Shown: positions 8,643 to 17,534 of the stretch, piece after piece
Position numbering within the stretch: the first letter of the stretch is position 1
How the letters are laid out: each line of letters begins with the position of its first letter
Source: Telmatocola sphagniphila
GTDB taxonomy: Bacteria; Planctomycetota; Planctomycetia; Gemmatales; Gemmataceae
Assembly (NCBI RefSeq): GCF_018398935.1
Contig: NZ_CP074694.1
Span: forward strand, 750,001 to 782,000
Direction of reading: 5' to 3'
DNA length: 32,000 bases
Program-made: the position numbers and the translations under genes
The notes under the pieces: generated by a model
Database searches by the model: none
The model's input: only the letters and a program-made list of their open reading frames with translations
Told to the model about the DNA's origin: nothing

Positions 8643-9452
8643 CTAGGCCGGTACGGTGACCGGTTTGATTTTTTGAAGTCGCTGCCGGATCTGACGAGCG
8701 TAATCACTGGACAATTCTGTCCCCACGAAATTCCGTCCCAATTTTTTCGCAGCCGCCAGCGTTGTGCCCGACCCTCCAAAAGGATCCAGTACCAGATCGC
8801 CCGGGTTGGAAGAGACCTTGATGATTCTCTCCAGCACGGCTTCTGGCATCTGACAGGGATGATCGGTACGTTCTTTGAACGTGCCGCAGACTCGCGAAAC
8901 ATACCAGGTATCGCTTTCCGTCGGAAATACCCGTTCGTCTTCCTGCGGTCTGAGCACCCAGGTATCATCCGGAAGCTTGCCGACAGGATTCGCCCGGCGG
9001 TCTGCATAGGTCGTCATGCGGGCGCTGGGGACGCGCACCGAGTCGGCGTTGAAAGTGAATTTCTTGGAATCGGCCACATAGTAGAAAATGTGGGCATGAG
9101 ACCGATTGAATTTCTTCTGACAGTTCACTCCGAACGTGTAGTGCCAGATGATCCAGTTTCGCAGAGTGAACCCGAGAGCATCGAGCCGGATTTTCATCTC
9201 AGCGGCATACTCATCTCCGATGGCTACGTAAAACGAGCCGGTCGGTTTTAAAACTCGCTTGACACTTTTCAGCCAGCGTTCGGTCCAACTGAGATAGTCC
9301 TCAGCTTCCCGGTCGTCGCTGTACTGGTCATATTCATAGCCGATATTGAACGGTGGGTCGGCAAAAGCCAAATCCACGCAATGCTCCGGCAAGTTATCCA
9401 ATATCTCGCAGCAATCGCCTTCAAATACGCGATTAAACAATCCTGGTTTCAA
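8643..9452 (-). CDS. beta-class DNA methyltransferase (predicted N6-adenine, N4-cytosine not excluded)
   Basis: Catalytic motif IV 'DLAFADPPFNIGY' is near the N-terminus. AdoMet motif I 'LVLDPFGGSGTTLAAAKKLGRNFVGTE' is near the C-terminus. The IV-before-I order marks the beta class. Confidence 0.85.
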   Translation of the reverse strand: MKPGLFNRVFEGDCCEILDNLPEHCVDLAFADPPFNIGYEYDQYSDDREAEDYLSWTERWLKSVKRVLKPTGSFYVAIGDEYAAEMKIRLDALGFTLRNWIIWHYTFGVNCQKKFNRSHAHIFYYVADSKKFTFNADSVRVPSARMTTYADRRANPVGKLPDDTWVLRPQEDERVFPTESDTWYVSRVCGTFKERTDHPCQMPEAVLERIIKVSSNPGDLVLDPFGGSGTTLAAAKKLGRNFVGTELSSDYARQIRQRLQKIKPVTVPA

Positions 9453-9778
9453 GGGTGAACCTCCTGTTGTCGATCGAGAAAACTGCCCGAATCCTCGGGC
9501 TAGACGCGTCTTAATTCCACCTTGCGCGTCTCGCTACCCAACGGTGATGAAACAGTATTATGCCTCCCTTCAAAAAAAGCGCAAGAGCAGTTTGCCAAGA
9601 AAAAACCATTTTTTTCCAGGCTCGCAATAGCGCCCGAATTACCCATGTTAACCGCGATTGAAGAATCGCGCAAGCCCTTTTGAAACTCGACTAGCACGAT
9701 TTGGCGAGAGAGAATAAATTGGGGGAGGGAAAAAGGATTTCCTGGACTCGACGGGTTGCCGGAAAAACCAAGGACGGC

Positions 9779-10582
9779 ATGCAACCTATGCGTACTCAAG
9801 TTTCGACTATATGGCAGTTCCGCCATTTCTGGATGTCGCTGGTGCGGCTCGATCTGCGACTGCGCTACCGTCGCAGCGTACTCGGTATCGGCTGGTCGCT
9901 CCTCAATCCCATCTTGATGACGGTCGTCTTCTGCGTCGTCTTCAACAAGATGTTGGACAGACACGACTGGAAAGTGGCGGCCCCTCGCTACCTCGCCGCG
10001 CTGACTATCTGGGAATTCATAAGCGTCTCCACACTGACTGCCTGCCAAACCTTTTTCCGTAACGAAGCATACATCCGGCAATGCCCGCTGCCGCTCGTGA
10101 TTTATACATTGCGCTCCGTACTCGGGGCGACTATCCATTTTCTCATCGCGATCGTCGTAACGATTGGTTCCATCGTATTGCTCACTCCCGATCAGTGGAA
10201 AAGCCCGATTTACACATTCTGGGCGGTATTACCTTCCTTGATCCTGCTATTTATCTTTTGCTGGGCCATTTCAGTAATTGCGGCGTTTTTGAATGTGATG
10301 TTCCAGGATACGCAGCAACTGGCGGAGGTGTTTTTCCGCATCTTCTTCTTCCTGACGCCGATTATGTATGAAACATCAGACATGCGCAAACAGGGCTTGG
10401 ATTTAATCGCCGATTACAGTCCGGCGGTCATCTTCATTGAATTGATCCGCACGCCGCTCTGTACGGGCGTTTTGCCCGATCTGATGCTTTACGGTAAGGC
10501 GATGGTGGCTGTGGCTTTGTTCTCCGCCATCGCTCTGACAATGATTTCGAAGCTCGAAAAGAAGCTGATTTTCCACCTGTAA
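9779..10582 (+). CDS. ABC-2 type polysaccharide/O-antigen exporter permease (Wzm/TagG-like)
   Basis: 'WQFRHFWMSLVRLDLRLRYRRSVLGIGWSLLNP' is the typical ABC-2 permease N-terminus and is followed by about 6 hydrophobic segments. The start is moved to the in-frame ATG at 9779; the track ORF begins at 9701. Confidence 0.8.
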   Translation: MQPMRTQVSTIWQFRHFWMSLVRLDLRLRYRRSVLGIGWSLLNPILMTVVFCVVFNKMLDRHDWKVAAPRYLAALTIWEFISVSTLTACQTFFRNEAYIRQCPLPLVIYTLRSVLGATIHFLIAIVVTIGSIVLLTPDQWKSPIYTFWAVLPSLILLFIFCWAISVIAAFLNVMFQDTQQLAEVFFRIFFFLTPIMYETSDMRKQGLDLIADYSPAVIFIELIRTPLCTGVLPDLMLYGKAMVAVALFSAIALTMISKLEKKLIFHL

Positions 10583-10613
10583 TAATTAGCCGTCACTACC
10601 CGGATCGACCGCA

Positions 10614-11369
10614 ATGGCCGAGATATTACTCGAAGACGTCAACCTGAAATTCCGAGTTCGACAGAGCCGGCGTACGACCCTGAAGGAGTACCTGGTGCGG
10701 GGGCTCTTTCGAAAATCTGTCAATCCATTCACCGAGGTTCATTCGCTCAAGGATGTCAATCTCCGGCTCGTGGATGGGGATCGGCTCGGCGTCATTGGCC
10801 ACAACGGCGCCGGTAAAAGCACGCTGATGAAACTGGTGGCCGGAATCTATCCTCCCACCAGTGGCTATCGGACCGTTCACGGCAACATTTGTTCGCTCTT
10901 CGATATTGCACTCGGCTTCGAAAGCGAATCGAACGGCTGGGACAACATTTACTATCGCGGCTATCTGCAGGGCGAAAATCCCAAAACGATTCGCGAGAAA
11001 ATCGATCAAATTGCGGAATTCAGCGAACTGGGCAGCTTCCTGGATATGCCCGTTCGCTATTACTCCGCCGGTATGCTCGTGCGGCTCGCCTTCAGTATTG
11101 CCTCCGCCATTCAACCGGAAATCCTGCTCGTCGATGAAGTGCTCGCAGTAGGCGACCTCTCTTTTCAGATGAAAGCCCGCAAGCGCATGACCGAAATGAT
11201 GAAAACCGCTCGCCTGATGATGCTGATTTCCCACGATCTCGAAACCTTACCTGGGCTCTGCACCAAGGTTGCCTGGATGGATCACGGCGTGGTGCGAATG
11301 GTCGGGCCAACGGAAGAAGTGATTCAAAACTATCGGGCCAGCGTTCATCCCGTGAAAAAAGTGGCTTAA
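10614..11369 (+). CDS. ABC transporter ATP-binding protein (Wzt/TagH-like, no C-terminal carbohydrate-binding domain)
   Basis: Walker A 'GHNGAGKST', signature '[11 protein letters not shown]', Walker B '[12 protein letters not shown]' and H-loop 'LISHD'. Confidence 0.9.
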
Positions 11370-11379
11370 AGGAATTGGA

Positions 11380-12594
11380 ATGTCGACGCGTGTGGTTATC
11401 AACGGCTTGGCCTCGCTCGATCGCAAGACCGGTGTCGGACATTACATAGCTTCCCTGCACCAGCAGTTGCAACTGACCGGGGACACTGGGGATCGCGCGG
11501 TTTTTTATCCCACCGGAATCACCCGCGATGTGGTTCGCATGGCCCGGAATTGGATGAATAAGCCCCGGACCAAATCCAAGTCCGCACCCGCCAACTCCGC
11601 GACTCCTGTGGCGACCGCCGCACCGGCACTGCCGAGACTCGTCTGGAACCCCAAAAAATTGCTGGGACGCTATGTCCGTCGGAATGTGCCCAAGATCTTC
11701 CGACGTCATTTTCAGCGTGTCTGCGTTCGCAACGGCGTACAACTTTACCACGAACCGAATTTCATTCCCTTGCCGAGCGACCTGCCTACGATCATTACGG
11801 TTCTGGATCTTTCGGTGCTCCTGCACCCCGAGTGGCATCCCATCGAGCGCGTTCGCGTCCATGAACAGAATTTCGAGAAAGGGATCGCTCGCTGCCAGCA
11901 TGTGATAACGATTTCCGAGGCCGTACGCAGCGAGATTATTCACCATTTGGGCATGAAACCCGAAGATGTGACTTCGATTCATATCGCACCCCGGGAACAC
12001 TTCCGGCCGCTACCAGCCTCTCAGGTCGCAGCCGGTCTGCAATCTCTGGGTCTGCAACCTGGCTTCTTGCTTTACCTGGGTACGATTGAGCCGCGCAAAA
12101 ATCTGATGATGCTCCTGAAAGCCTACTGCGATCTTCCTGCCGAACTACGGAGCCTGCATCCACTGGTACTGGCCGGCGGCTGGGGCTGGAAGACCGATGA
12201 AGTTCACGATTTCTACGATCGCGTCGGCAGAGCGGCCGGCGTACGTCACCTCGGCTATGTGCCCGATGAGATGCTGCCTGTGCTGTGCAACGGAGCGCAA
12301 GCGTTGCTCTATCCCTCGCTCTACGAAGGCTTCGGGCTACCGCCGATTGAGATGATGAACTGCGGTGGGGCGGTCCTCGCTTCGACGGCCGATGCTGTGG
12401 CCGAGGTGCTTAAAGATAAAGCCTGGCTGCTCGATCCGAACGACACAACCGCCTGGCGAAAAGCAATGCAAACGATCTTGACCGACAACGATCGTTGGAA
12501 TGAACTTCGTCGCGATTCGATTTCTTTCGCTTCCCAGTACTCGTGGCGACGATGCGCTGAGGAAACCTGGTCGGTTTACCGAAAAGTCGCTTAA
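11380..12594 (+). CDS. glycosyltransferase family 4 (GT-B, group 1)
   Basis: C-terminal '[24 protein letters not shown]' (E-x7-E GT4 motif). It lies 10 bp downstream of the ABC ATPase gene. Confidence 0.85.
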
Positions 12595-12664
12595 AACACA
12601 TTCGATCAAGCCAAACCCCCTAATGTGCCGATAACTCCGATACGGTTCAAAATAGGGGATAGGA

Positions 12665-13063
12665 ATGCGCGCTGCCGCCACATTACTGGGTCTGTGCTTG
12701 TGCGGGATATCCGGCTGTGGATCAGAGGCAACCTGTTATCCGGTAAGTGGTTACGTAACTTATCGTGGACAACCGCTGGCCGGGGGCTTGATCGTATTCT
12801 CCCCCGATTTTGAAAAAGGGGCTTCCGGCCCGACCTCTCGAGCCATCATCAAAACCGATGGCTCTTTCGATCTCGCCACGGACGATCGAATCGGTGCCGT
12901 CCGCGGCTGGCACCGCATCACTATAGCCGCCCCGATGCAGGATTCTCCAGTCACGCTCTATCGCGACTTTCCGGAGAAGTTTCACAGTCCGGTTCGTTCC
13001 GGTTTGGGCTGGGAAGTCCAGACGGAGTCGGAAAATCACCTTCTGATCGAATTGAATCCCTGA
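12665..13063 (+). CDS. small lipoprotein, carboxypeptidase-regulatory-like beta-sandwich (hypothetical)
   Basis: Lipobox 'LCLCGISGC'. It is followed by 'YPVSGYVTYRGQPLAGGLIVFSPD', a pattern common in small planctomycete lipoproteins. Confidence 0.6.
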   Translation: MRAAATLLGLCLCGISGCGSEATCYPVSGYVTYRGQPLAGGLIVFSPDFEKGASGPTSRAIIKTDGSFDLATDDRIGAVRGWHRITIAAPMQDSPVTLYRDFPEKFHSPVRSGLGWEVQTESENHLLIELNP

Positions 13064-13873
13064 TCACTCGCAACTGCGCATATACTCGATGCTCTGGCGT
13101 GCGATCGTCTCCGGATCGGGAGTGTAGTCAAAAACTTCCACCGAAACCCAACCTGTGTAATTCACGTCTTTCAAGGCCTGAAAAATCGGTTTGAAATCGA
13201 TTTCGCCGAAACCGGGACCGCGCAAATTTTCGTCGTTGGCGTGGAAGTGTTTCAGCCAGTGGGCATTATCGCGGATCACCTGCGATATCGGCTTCTGCTC
13301 GGAAGCCATGGCTTTCACATCCAGGTGTAATCGCACGTTCGGATGCCCAATTCGCTGGGCGAGCTTTACGGCACTCTCGGCCGATTGCAGGAAATCCGTT
13401 TCTTTTGGAGTGAGCGGCTCCAAGGCTAGTGTCACGCCCGAGGATTCCAGAGCTTTAAACGCATAGGAAATCGTGTCCGCGGCGTAAACTTCGGCGGCTT
13501 CGTGGGAGGCTCCTTCCGGAATCTTTCTTTGTTGCGGCGAACCTAAAACCAGCACATCGCCACCCAAATCCCGGCAGGCGTAAGCCAGTTCCGCCAGATA
13601 ATTCCCGGTGTTAATCCGAACTTGAGGATCAGCCGAAGTGAGCTGAAAGCCGTTGGTCTTGGCTAGCAACCAGTGCAGGCCTATGATCTGGATCCCGGCC
13701 ATTTCCGCTTGAGAACGCAATTGCGATCGCCTTTCGGAACTGACGTCCGTGATCAGTGGGGCAAGTGTGAAGGGGGCGATTTCCAGGCCGCCGTAGCCGC
13801 AGCCGGCAATGAAATCGCAAATTCGGCCATGCTCCCAATCGGTAAATGTTTCGTTGCAAATCGCGTAACGCAT
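13064..13873 (-). CDS. sugar phosphate isomerase/epimerase (xylose-isomerase-like TIM barrel)
   Basis: 'MRYAICNETFTDW...' N-terminus, 'GLEIAPF', 'HLDVKAM' and 'HFHANDENLRGPGFGEIDF' are typical of the AP-endonuclease-2/xylose-isomerase-like family. Confidence 0.75.
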   Translation of the reverse strand: MRYAICNETFTDWEHGRICDFIAGCGYGGLEIAPFTLAPLITDVSSERRSQLRSQAEMAGIQIIGLHWLLAKTNGFQLTSADPQVRINTGNYLAELAYACRDLGGDVLVLGSPQQRKIPEGASHEAAEVYAADTISYAFKALESSGVTLALEPLTPKETDFLQSAESAVKLAQRIGHPNVRLHLDVKAMASEQKPISQVIRDNAHWLKHFHANDENLRGPGFGEIDFKPIFQALKDVNYTGWVSVEVFDYTPDPETIARQSIEYMRSCE

Positions 13874-13974
13874 CAGAATCCTCGCATCGGTTTTCCAGCA
13901 TTGTACTAGCTGAGTTCGATCTTGTAATATTTCGCGATTTTGGGGTAGGATGCGGAATATTCAAGGAAGAAATT

Positions 13975-14745
13975 ATGCCGCAACTCGCGAAAATTGAGCA
14001 GGAACGACACTTCCACGACCAGCAGGCCGCTGAGCGGTTGATTCGCATCAAACTCGGTCAGGAAGATCTCGAATTCGAGGATCGCGAATATCTCGAGCAC
14101 GAAAGCTGGATTCGTCCCGCCTTTGCGATGCTGGGTGATGTGGCCGGGAAAGCGGTTCTCGATCTCGGTTGCGGGCACGGCATGGCCTCGGTCGTGCTCG
14201 CACGTCAGGGAGCCAAAGTAACGGGAGTGGATCTATCCCCCGGCTATATCTCCGAAGCTCGGGCGCGGGCGCTGGCGAATGGCGTGTCCGGCGAGTTCCT
14301 AGCCGCCGATGCGGAAAATTTGCCCTTTGAAGACGAATCCTTTGATGCCGTCTGGGCCAGCGCGATTCTTCACCATCTGGAAATTCCAGCGATTGCCCGA
14401 GAGCTGAAGCGAATTCTCAAACCGGGTGGTGTCGCGGTGTTTTGCGAGCCCTGGGCCGGGAACAGTTTGGTTCGGTTAGCACGCAAGTACCTTCCCTACG
14501 CGGGGAAACAGAGAACCCCGGACGAGAAACCGCTGTCGCGAGACGACGTCGCGGCACTGCGGGAAGCTTTCCCCGATCTGGAGTTCAGAGGCTATCAACT
14601 CTTCGGCATGGTGCGGCGACTTTGGAGCGTTCGCCGTTCTCGAATCTGGAAAGTACTGGACATCATGGACGGAATGCTCTTCCGGGTCTTCCCCAAGATG
14701 CAAAATCAAGCCCGGTATGTTGTTATCTCCCTTCGCAAAGCGTAA
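13975..14745 (+). CDS. class I SAM-dependent methyltransferase (type 11)
   Basis: Motif I 'VLDLGCGHGMASVVLARQGAKVTGVDLS' and post-I/II 'FDAVWASAILHHL ... LKPGGVAVF'. The start is set to the ATG at 13975. The track ORF start at 13846 would overlap the divergent gene. Confidence 0.85.
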   Translation: MPQLAKIEQERHFHDQQAAERLIRIKLGQEDLEFEDREYLEHESWIRPAFAMLGDVAGKAVLDLGCGHGMASVVLARQGAKVTGVDLSPGYISEARARALANGVSGEFLAADAENLPFEDESFDAVWASAILHHLEIPAIARELKRILKPGGVAVFCEPWAGNSLVRLARKYLPYAGKQRTPDEKPLSRDDVAALREAFPDLEFRGYQLFGMVRRLWSVRRSRIWKVLDIMDGMLFRVFPKMQNQARYVVISLRKA

Positions 14746-14772
14746 GCTAATAATTGATCGCCCCAGCCCGCA

Positions 14773-15465
14773 ATGATGGTTTTGCTAGTGGCGGAGCTTA
14801 GTCCCACTCCTACTGAAAATGTCGTTCCGTTATCGGAACCGGCCCCCGCTTCCTCTCCGGTTTCGCAGTTAGCGACTTCCAATCCCGATCGCGTATTTGT
14901 TCCGCTGCTCGTTGTCTTTCTCGGCGTACTCCTTTACAGATGGCTCGGGGACAGTCGCTTGGCCACTCGGCCTCCGACGTCAGAGTTATCGGGCTATCAG
15001 CAGAAGATTGATCTGAACACGGCCAGCCGTTCGGAACTTCAGCAACTTCCCGGGATTGGTCCTGCCAAAGCCGATAAGATTCTCGCCAGCCGGGCGAGTT
15101 CGGATTCTCCCGCTCGCTTGCAGGCGATCCCCGGCTTTGGCCCAAAATCGATTCAAAATCTCGAAACTCACATCCAGAAGTCGACCCAGGAGTTGGAACC
15201 GGAACGTCTGGAGCGCAAGTCTCCAGGTTCGCCGCCGGCAGCTCCGAAATCCAGTTCGATGAAGAAGACGGTTCAGGAGGTTCGCGTCAACTCCGCACCT
15301 TTAGAGGATCTTCTGAAACTGCCGGGAATTGGGAATACCCTGGCTCAGCGAATTGTGGCAGAGCGGGAAAAAAAGCGATTCGAAACGGTAGATGATCTCC
15401 GAAGAGTGAGCGGAATCGGCGTGAAGAAACTGGAACAACTCCGCCCCTATATCCTGCTGGACTAG
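14773..15465 (+). CDS. ComEA-like helix-hairpin-helix DNA-binding protein (membrane anchored, two HhH modules)
   Basis: One TM segment (VFVPLLVVFLGVLLY). Two HhH units: 'IDLNTASRSELQQLPGIGPAKADKILASR' and 'VNSAPLEDLLKLPGIGNTLAQRIVAEREKKRFETVDDLRRVSGIGVKKLEQL'. Confidence 0.8.
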   Translation: MMVLLVAELSPTPTENVVPLSEPAPASSPVSQLATSNPDRVFVPLLVVFLGVLLYRWLGDSRLATRPPTSELSGYQQKIDLNTASRSELQQLPGIGPAKADKILASRASSDSPARLQAIPGFGPKSIQNLETHIQKSTQELEPERLERKSPGSPPAAPKSSSMKKTVQEVRVNSAPLEDLLKLPGIGNTLAQRIVAEREKKRFETVDDLRRVSGIGVKKLEQLRPYILLD

Positions 15466-15549
15466 AATAAAAGTATCGAATGCTTTTATCGATCTTTCCA
15501 GGGGAGCAGAGTCATCGATCTCTTCGAAGAAGTCCACGAAGCCAATCGC

Positions 15550-16833
15550 ATGAAAGCCCGGCCCCTCGCGGCGCGGATGCGGCCGCGCTCCATTCAAGAA
15601 TTCATAGGTCAGGAACACTTTTTCGGCGAAGGAAAGCTTTTACGGCGGATGCTTCTGGCAGACCGGTTGAACAGTCTGGTCTTCTACGGCCCGCCGGGCA
15701 CCGGCAAAACTGCTCTGGCTCAAGTCATCGCCAATCACACCAAGAGCCGGTTTGTACGCCTGAATGCCGTGAATGCGGGAACCAAGGAGGTTCGCGAAAT
15801 TCTTCTGGAAGCCCGCAAACTGCTGGAGACAGAGGGCGAACGAACCATTCTGTTCCTCGATGAGATGCATCGCTTCAACAAATCACAACAGGATGTACTG
15901 CTACCCGACGTTGAAGATGGGGCCATTATTCTCATTGGGGCCACGACGCAGAATCCTTTCTTTGCCATCAACACACCACTGTTGTCCCGAAGTCAGATCT
16001 TCACTTTCGAATCCTTATCCAAAGAGAACATCCTCACGCTCCTGAAACGGGCGATTGCCGATTCAGAACGCGGCCTGGGCGAAAGCGGTGTAATCGTTGA
16101 TCCTGAAGCATTAGAATTTCTGGCGGTGATGTGCGACGGCGACGCCCGGCGAGCGTTGACCGCCCTGGAAATAGCTGCGAAATCCTGTCTCGAAGAACAG
16201 CCGCACGTGACGCTGGCCGCCGTGCAGGATTCGATTCAGCGGAAATTGCAGGATTTCGATCCGACGGGAGATTCGCACTACGACCTTGCCAGTGCCTTTA
16301 TCAAAAGCATGCGGGGCAGCGATCCCGATGCGGCCATTTACTGGCTGGCCCGGATGCTGGAATCTGGAGAAGATCCCCGCTTCATCGCCCGGCGACTGGT
16401 GATTTTCGCATCGGAAGATGTGGGAAATGCCGACCCCCGAGGCATCATGGTCGCAACGGCCGTCTGGAATGCCGTAGAAATGGTCGGCCTGCCGGAGTGC
16501 CAGCTTAATCTGGCTCAAGGGGTGACCTTTCTGGCTTCCTGTCAAAAATCGAATTCCTCGACGGTTGCCATCGGCAAAGCGACCACCGATGTCCGAGAAG
16601 GCCGGACCTTACCCGTACCGAAGCATCTCAAGGATTCCCATTATTCCGGTGCGAAAACTTTCGGGCACGGGGAAGGCTACGTCTACAGCCATTCCGCACC
16701 CGATGCCTGGGTCGATCAGGAATATCTCCCAGAAGATCGACGCTACTATCTGCCTTCGGATCGGGGTCATGAGGCCATCATCAAAAAGTTTCTGGACGAA
16801 CTGCGCAGCCGCAAAAAAGGAGGAAGCGCGTGA
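15550..16833 (+). CDS. rarA: replication-associated recombination protein A (AAA+ ATPase)
   Basis: 'LAARMRPRSIQEFIGQEH', Walker A 'GPPGTGKT', Walker B 'LFLDEMHRFNKSQQD', 'GATTQNPFF' and C-terminal MgsA blocks ('YWLARMLESGEDPRFIARRL'). Confidence 0.92.
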   Translation: MKARPLAARMRPRSIQEFIGQEHFFGEGKLLRRMLLADRLNSLVFYGPPGTGKTALAQVIANHTKSRFVRLNAVNAGTKEVREILLEARKLLETEGERTILFLDEMHRFNKSQQDVLLPDVEDGAIILIGATTQNPFFAINTPLLSRSQIFTFESLSKENILTLLKRAIADSERGLGESGVIVDPEALEFLAVMCDGDARRALTALEIAAKSCLEEQPHVTLAAVQDSIQRKLQDFDPTGDSHYDLASAFIKSMRGSDPDAAIYWLARMLESGEDPRFIARRLVIFASEDVGNADPRGIMVATAVWNAVEMVGLPECQLNLAQGVTFLASCQKSNSSTVAIGKATTDVREGRTLPVPKHLKDSHYSGAKTFGHGEGYVYSHSAPDAWVDQEYLPEDRRYYLPSDRGHEAIIKKFLDELRSRKKGGSA

Positions 16834-17534
16834 CCGAAGACGATTGGCAGTTGGGCGCGAACCCCGAACCGATGCTGCGCTACCTCGAAGTGCGAATGAC
16901 CGATCGCAAGATGCGGCTTTTTGGCATCGCCTGCTGTCGGCGCTATCCGCTCGAGGAAGGGATTACTCCCGCTTACGTCAAATTACTCGATTACGCGGAG
17001 AAACTGGCGGATAGTGTGGAAGATTCCGAAGGGGAACGAATTTGGGAAAAATTGCAGAAGCGTCAGGACGACCGCAGCCAGACCAGCGATCATTCTCTGG
17101 CTTGCCTGCTCGTGGCTTTCACAGGAAAGAACGAGCAATTTTTTCGTAAAGGTAAGGAGGGTTGCGGCACCGTCTCGGATTGGGTACGTGAAGCCTGCCG
17201 GTTGCTGATCGAACGGCCCAGGCACGAAGAATCTCGAAGCAACCGCTACTTTCGAGAGATGGAACGGATGCAGCAGGCCGATACGCTTCGGGAGATAATC
17301 GGTAATCCTTTTGCGCAAACGGCGTTTGACGTGAACTGGCGAAATACCAACATCCTGGACATCGCGACTAAGATCTACGAACAGAAGGAGTTTGAGAACC
17401 TCCCCATTTTAGCCGACGCACTTCAGGATGCAGGTTGTAACTGGACGGAGATCATCGATCACCTCCGTTCGTCGGAATCGCATTTCCGAGGATGCTGGGC
17501 GCTGGATGCCATCCTCAGTTTCGATGCAAAGTGA
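16830..17534 (+). CDS. conserved hypothetical protein of a Planctomycetes/Myxobacteria paralogous family
   Basis: The GTG start overlaps the rarA stop (GTGA at 16830..16833). The N-terminal 'W..GANPEPMLRYL....TDRKMRLFGIACCRRY' and C-terminal 'LPILADALQDAGC...IIDHLRS...HFRGCWALDAIL' motifs recur in a large uncharacterised family, from memory. Confidence 0.6.
   Translation: MTEDDWQLGANPEPMLRYLEVRMTDRKMRLFGIACCRRYPLEEGITPAYVKLLDYAEKLADSVEDSEGERIWEKLQKRQDDRSQTSDHSLACLLVAFTGKNEQFFRKGKEGCGTVSDWVREACRLLIERPRHEESRSNRYFREMERMQQADTLREIIGNPFAQTAFDVNWRNTNILDIATKIYEQKEFENLPILADALQDAGCNWTEIIDHLRSSESHFRGCWALDAILSFDAK

Noticed and set aside
8622-9251. 209-aa ORF on the plus strand, plus the similar antisense ORFs 10626..11234, 11092..12000, 17949..18620 and 24838..25632
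   Set aside because: Each is the antisense frame of a gene with clear catalytic or family motifs: MTase, ABC ATPase, GT4, WD40 protein and DUF1501.
6409-9531. A shared 'AGACGCG...CGCGTCT' core in the hairpins at 6409..6433 and 9502..9531, as a possible REP-like repeat family
   Set aside because: I saw only two copies. They have different loop lengths and flanks. A 7-bp match is within chance for a 32-kb GC-rich window.
9547-9630. Short basic ORF (MKQYYASLQKKRKSSLPRKNHFFPGSQ) in the large intergenic region
   Set aside because: It has no SD-like site and no recognisable family. It is too short to support from sequence alone.
8590-9778. A restriction-modification or defence island around the methyltransferase
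   Set aside because: No endonuclease, specificity, ATPase/helicase, toxin or mobile-element ORF lies on either side. Both flanks are non-coding or housekeeping.
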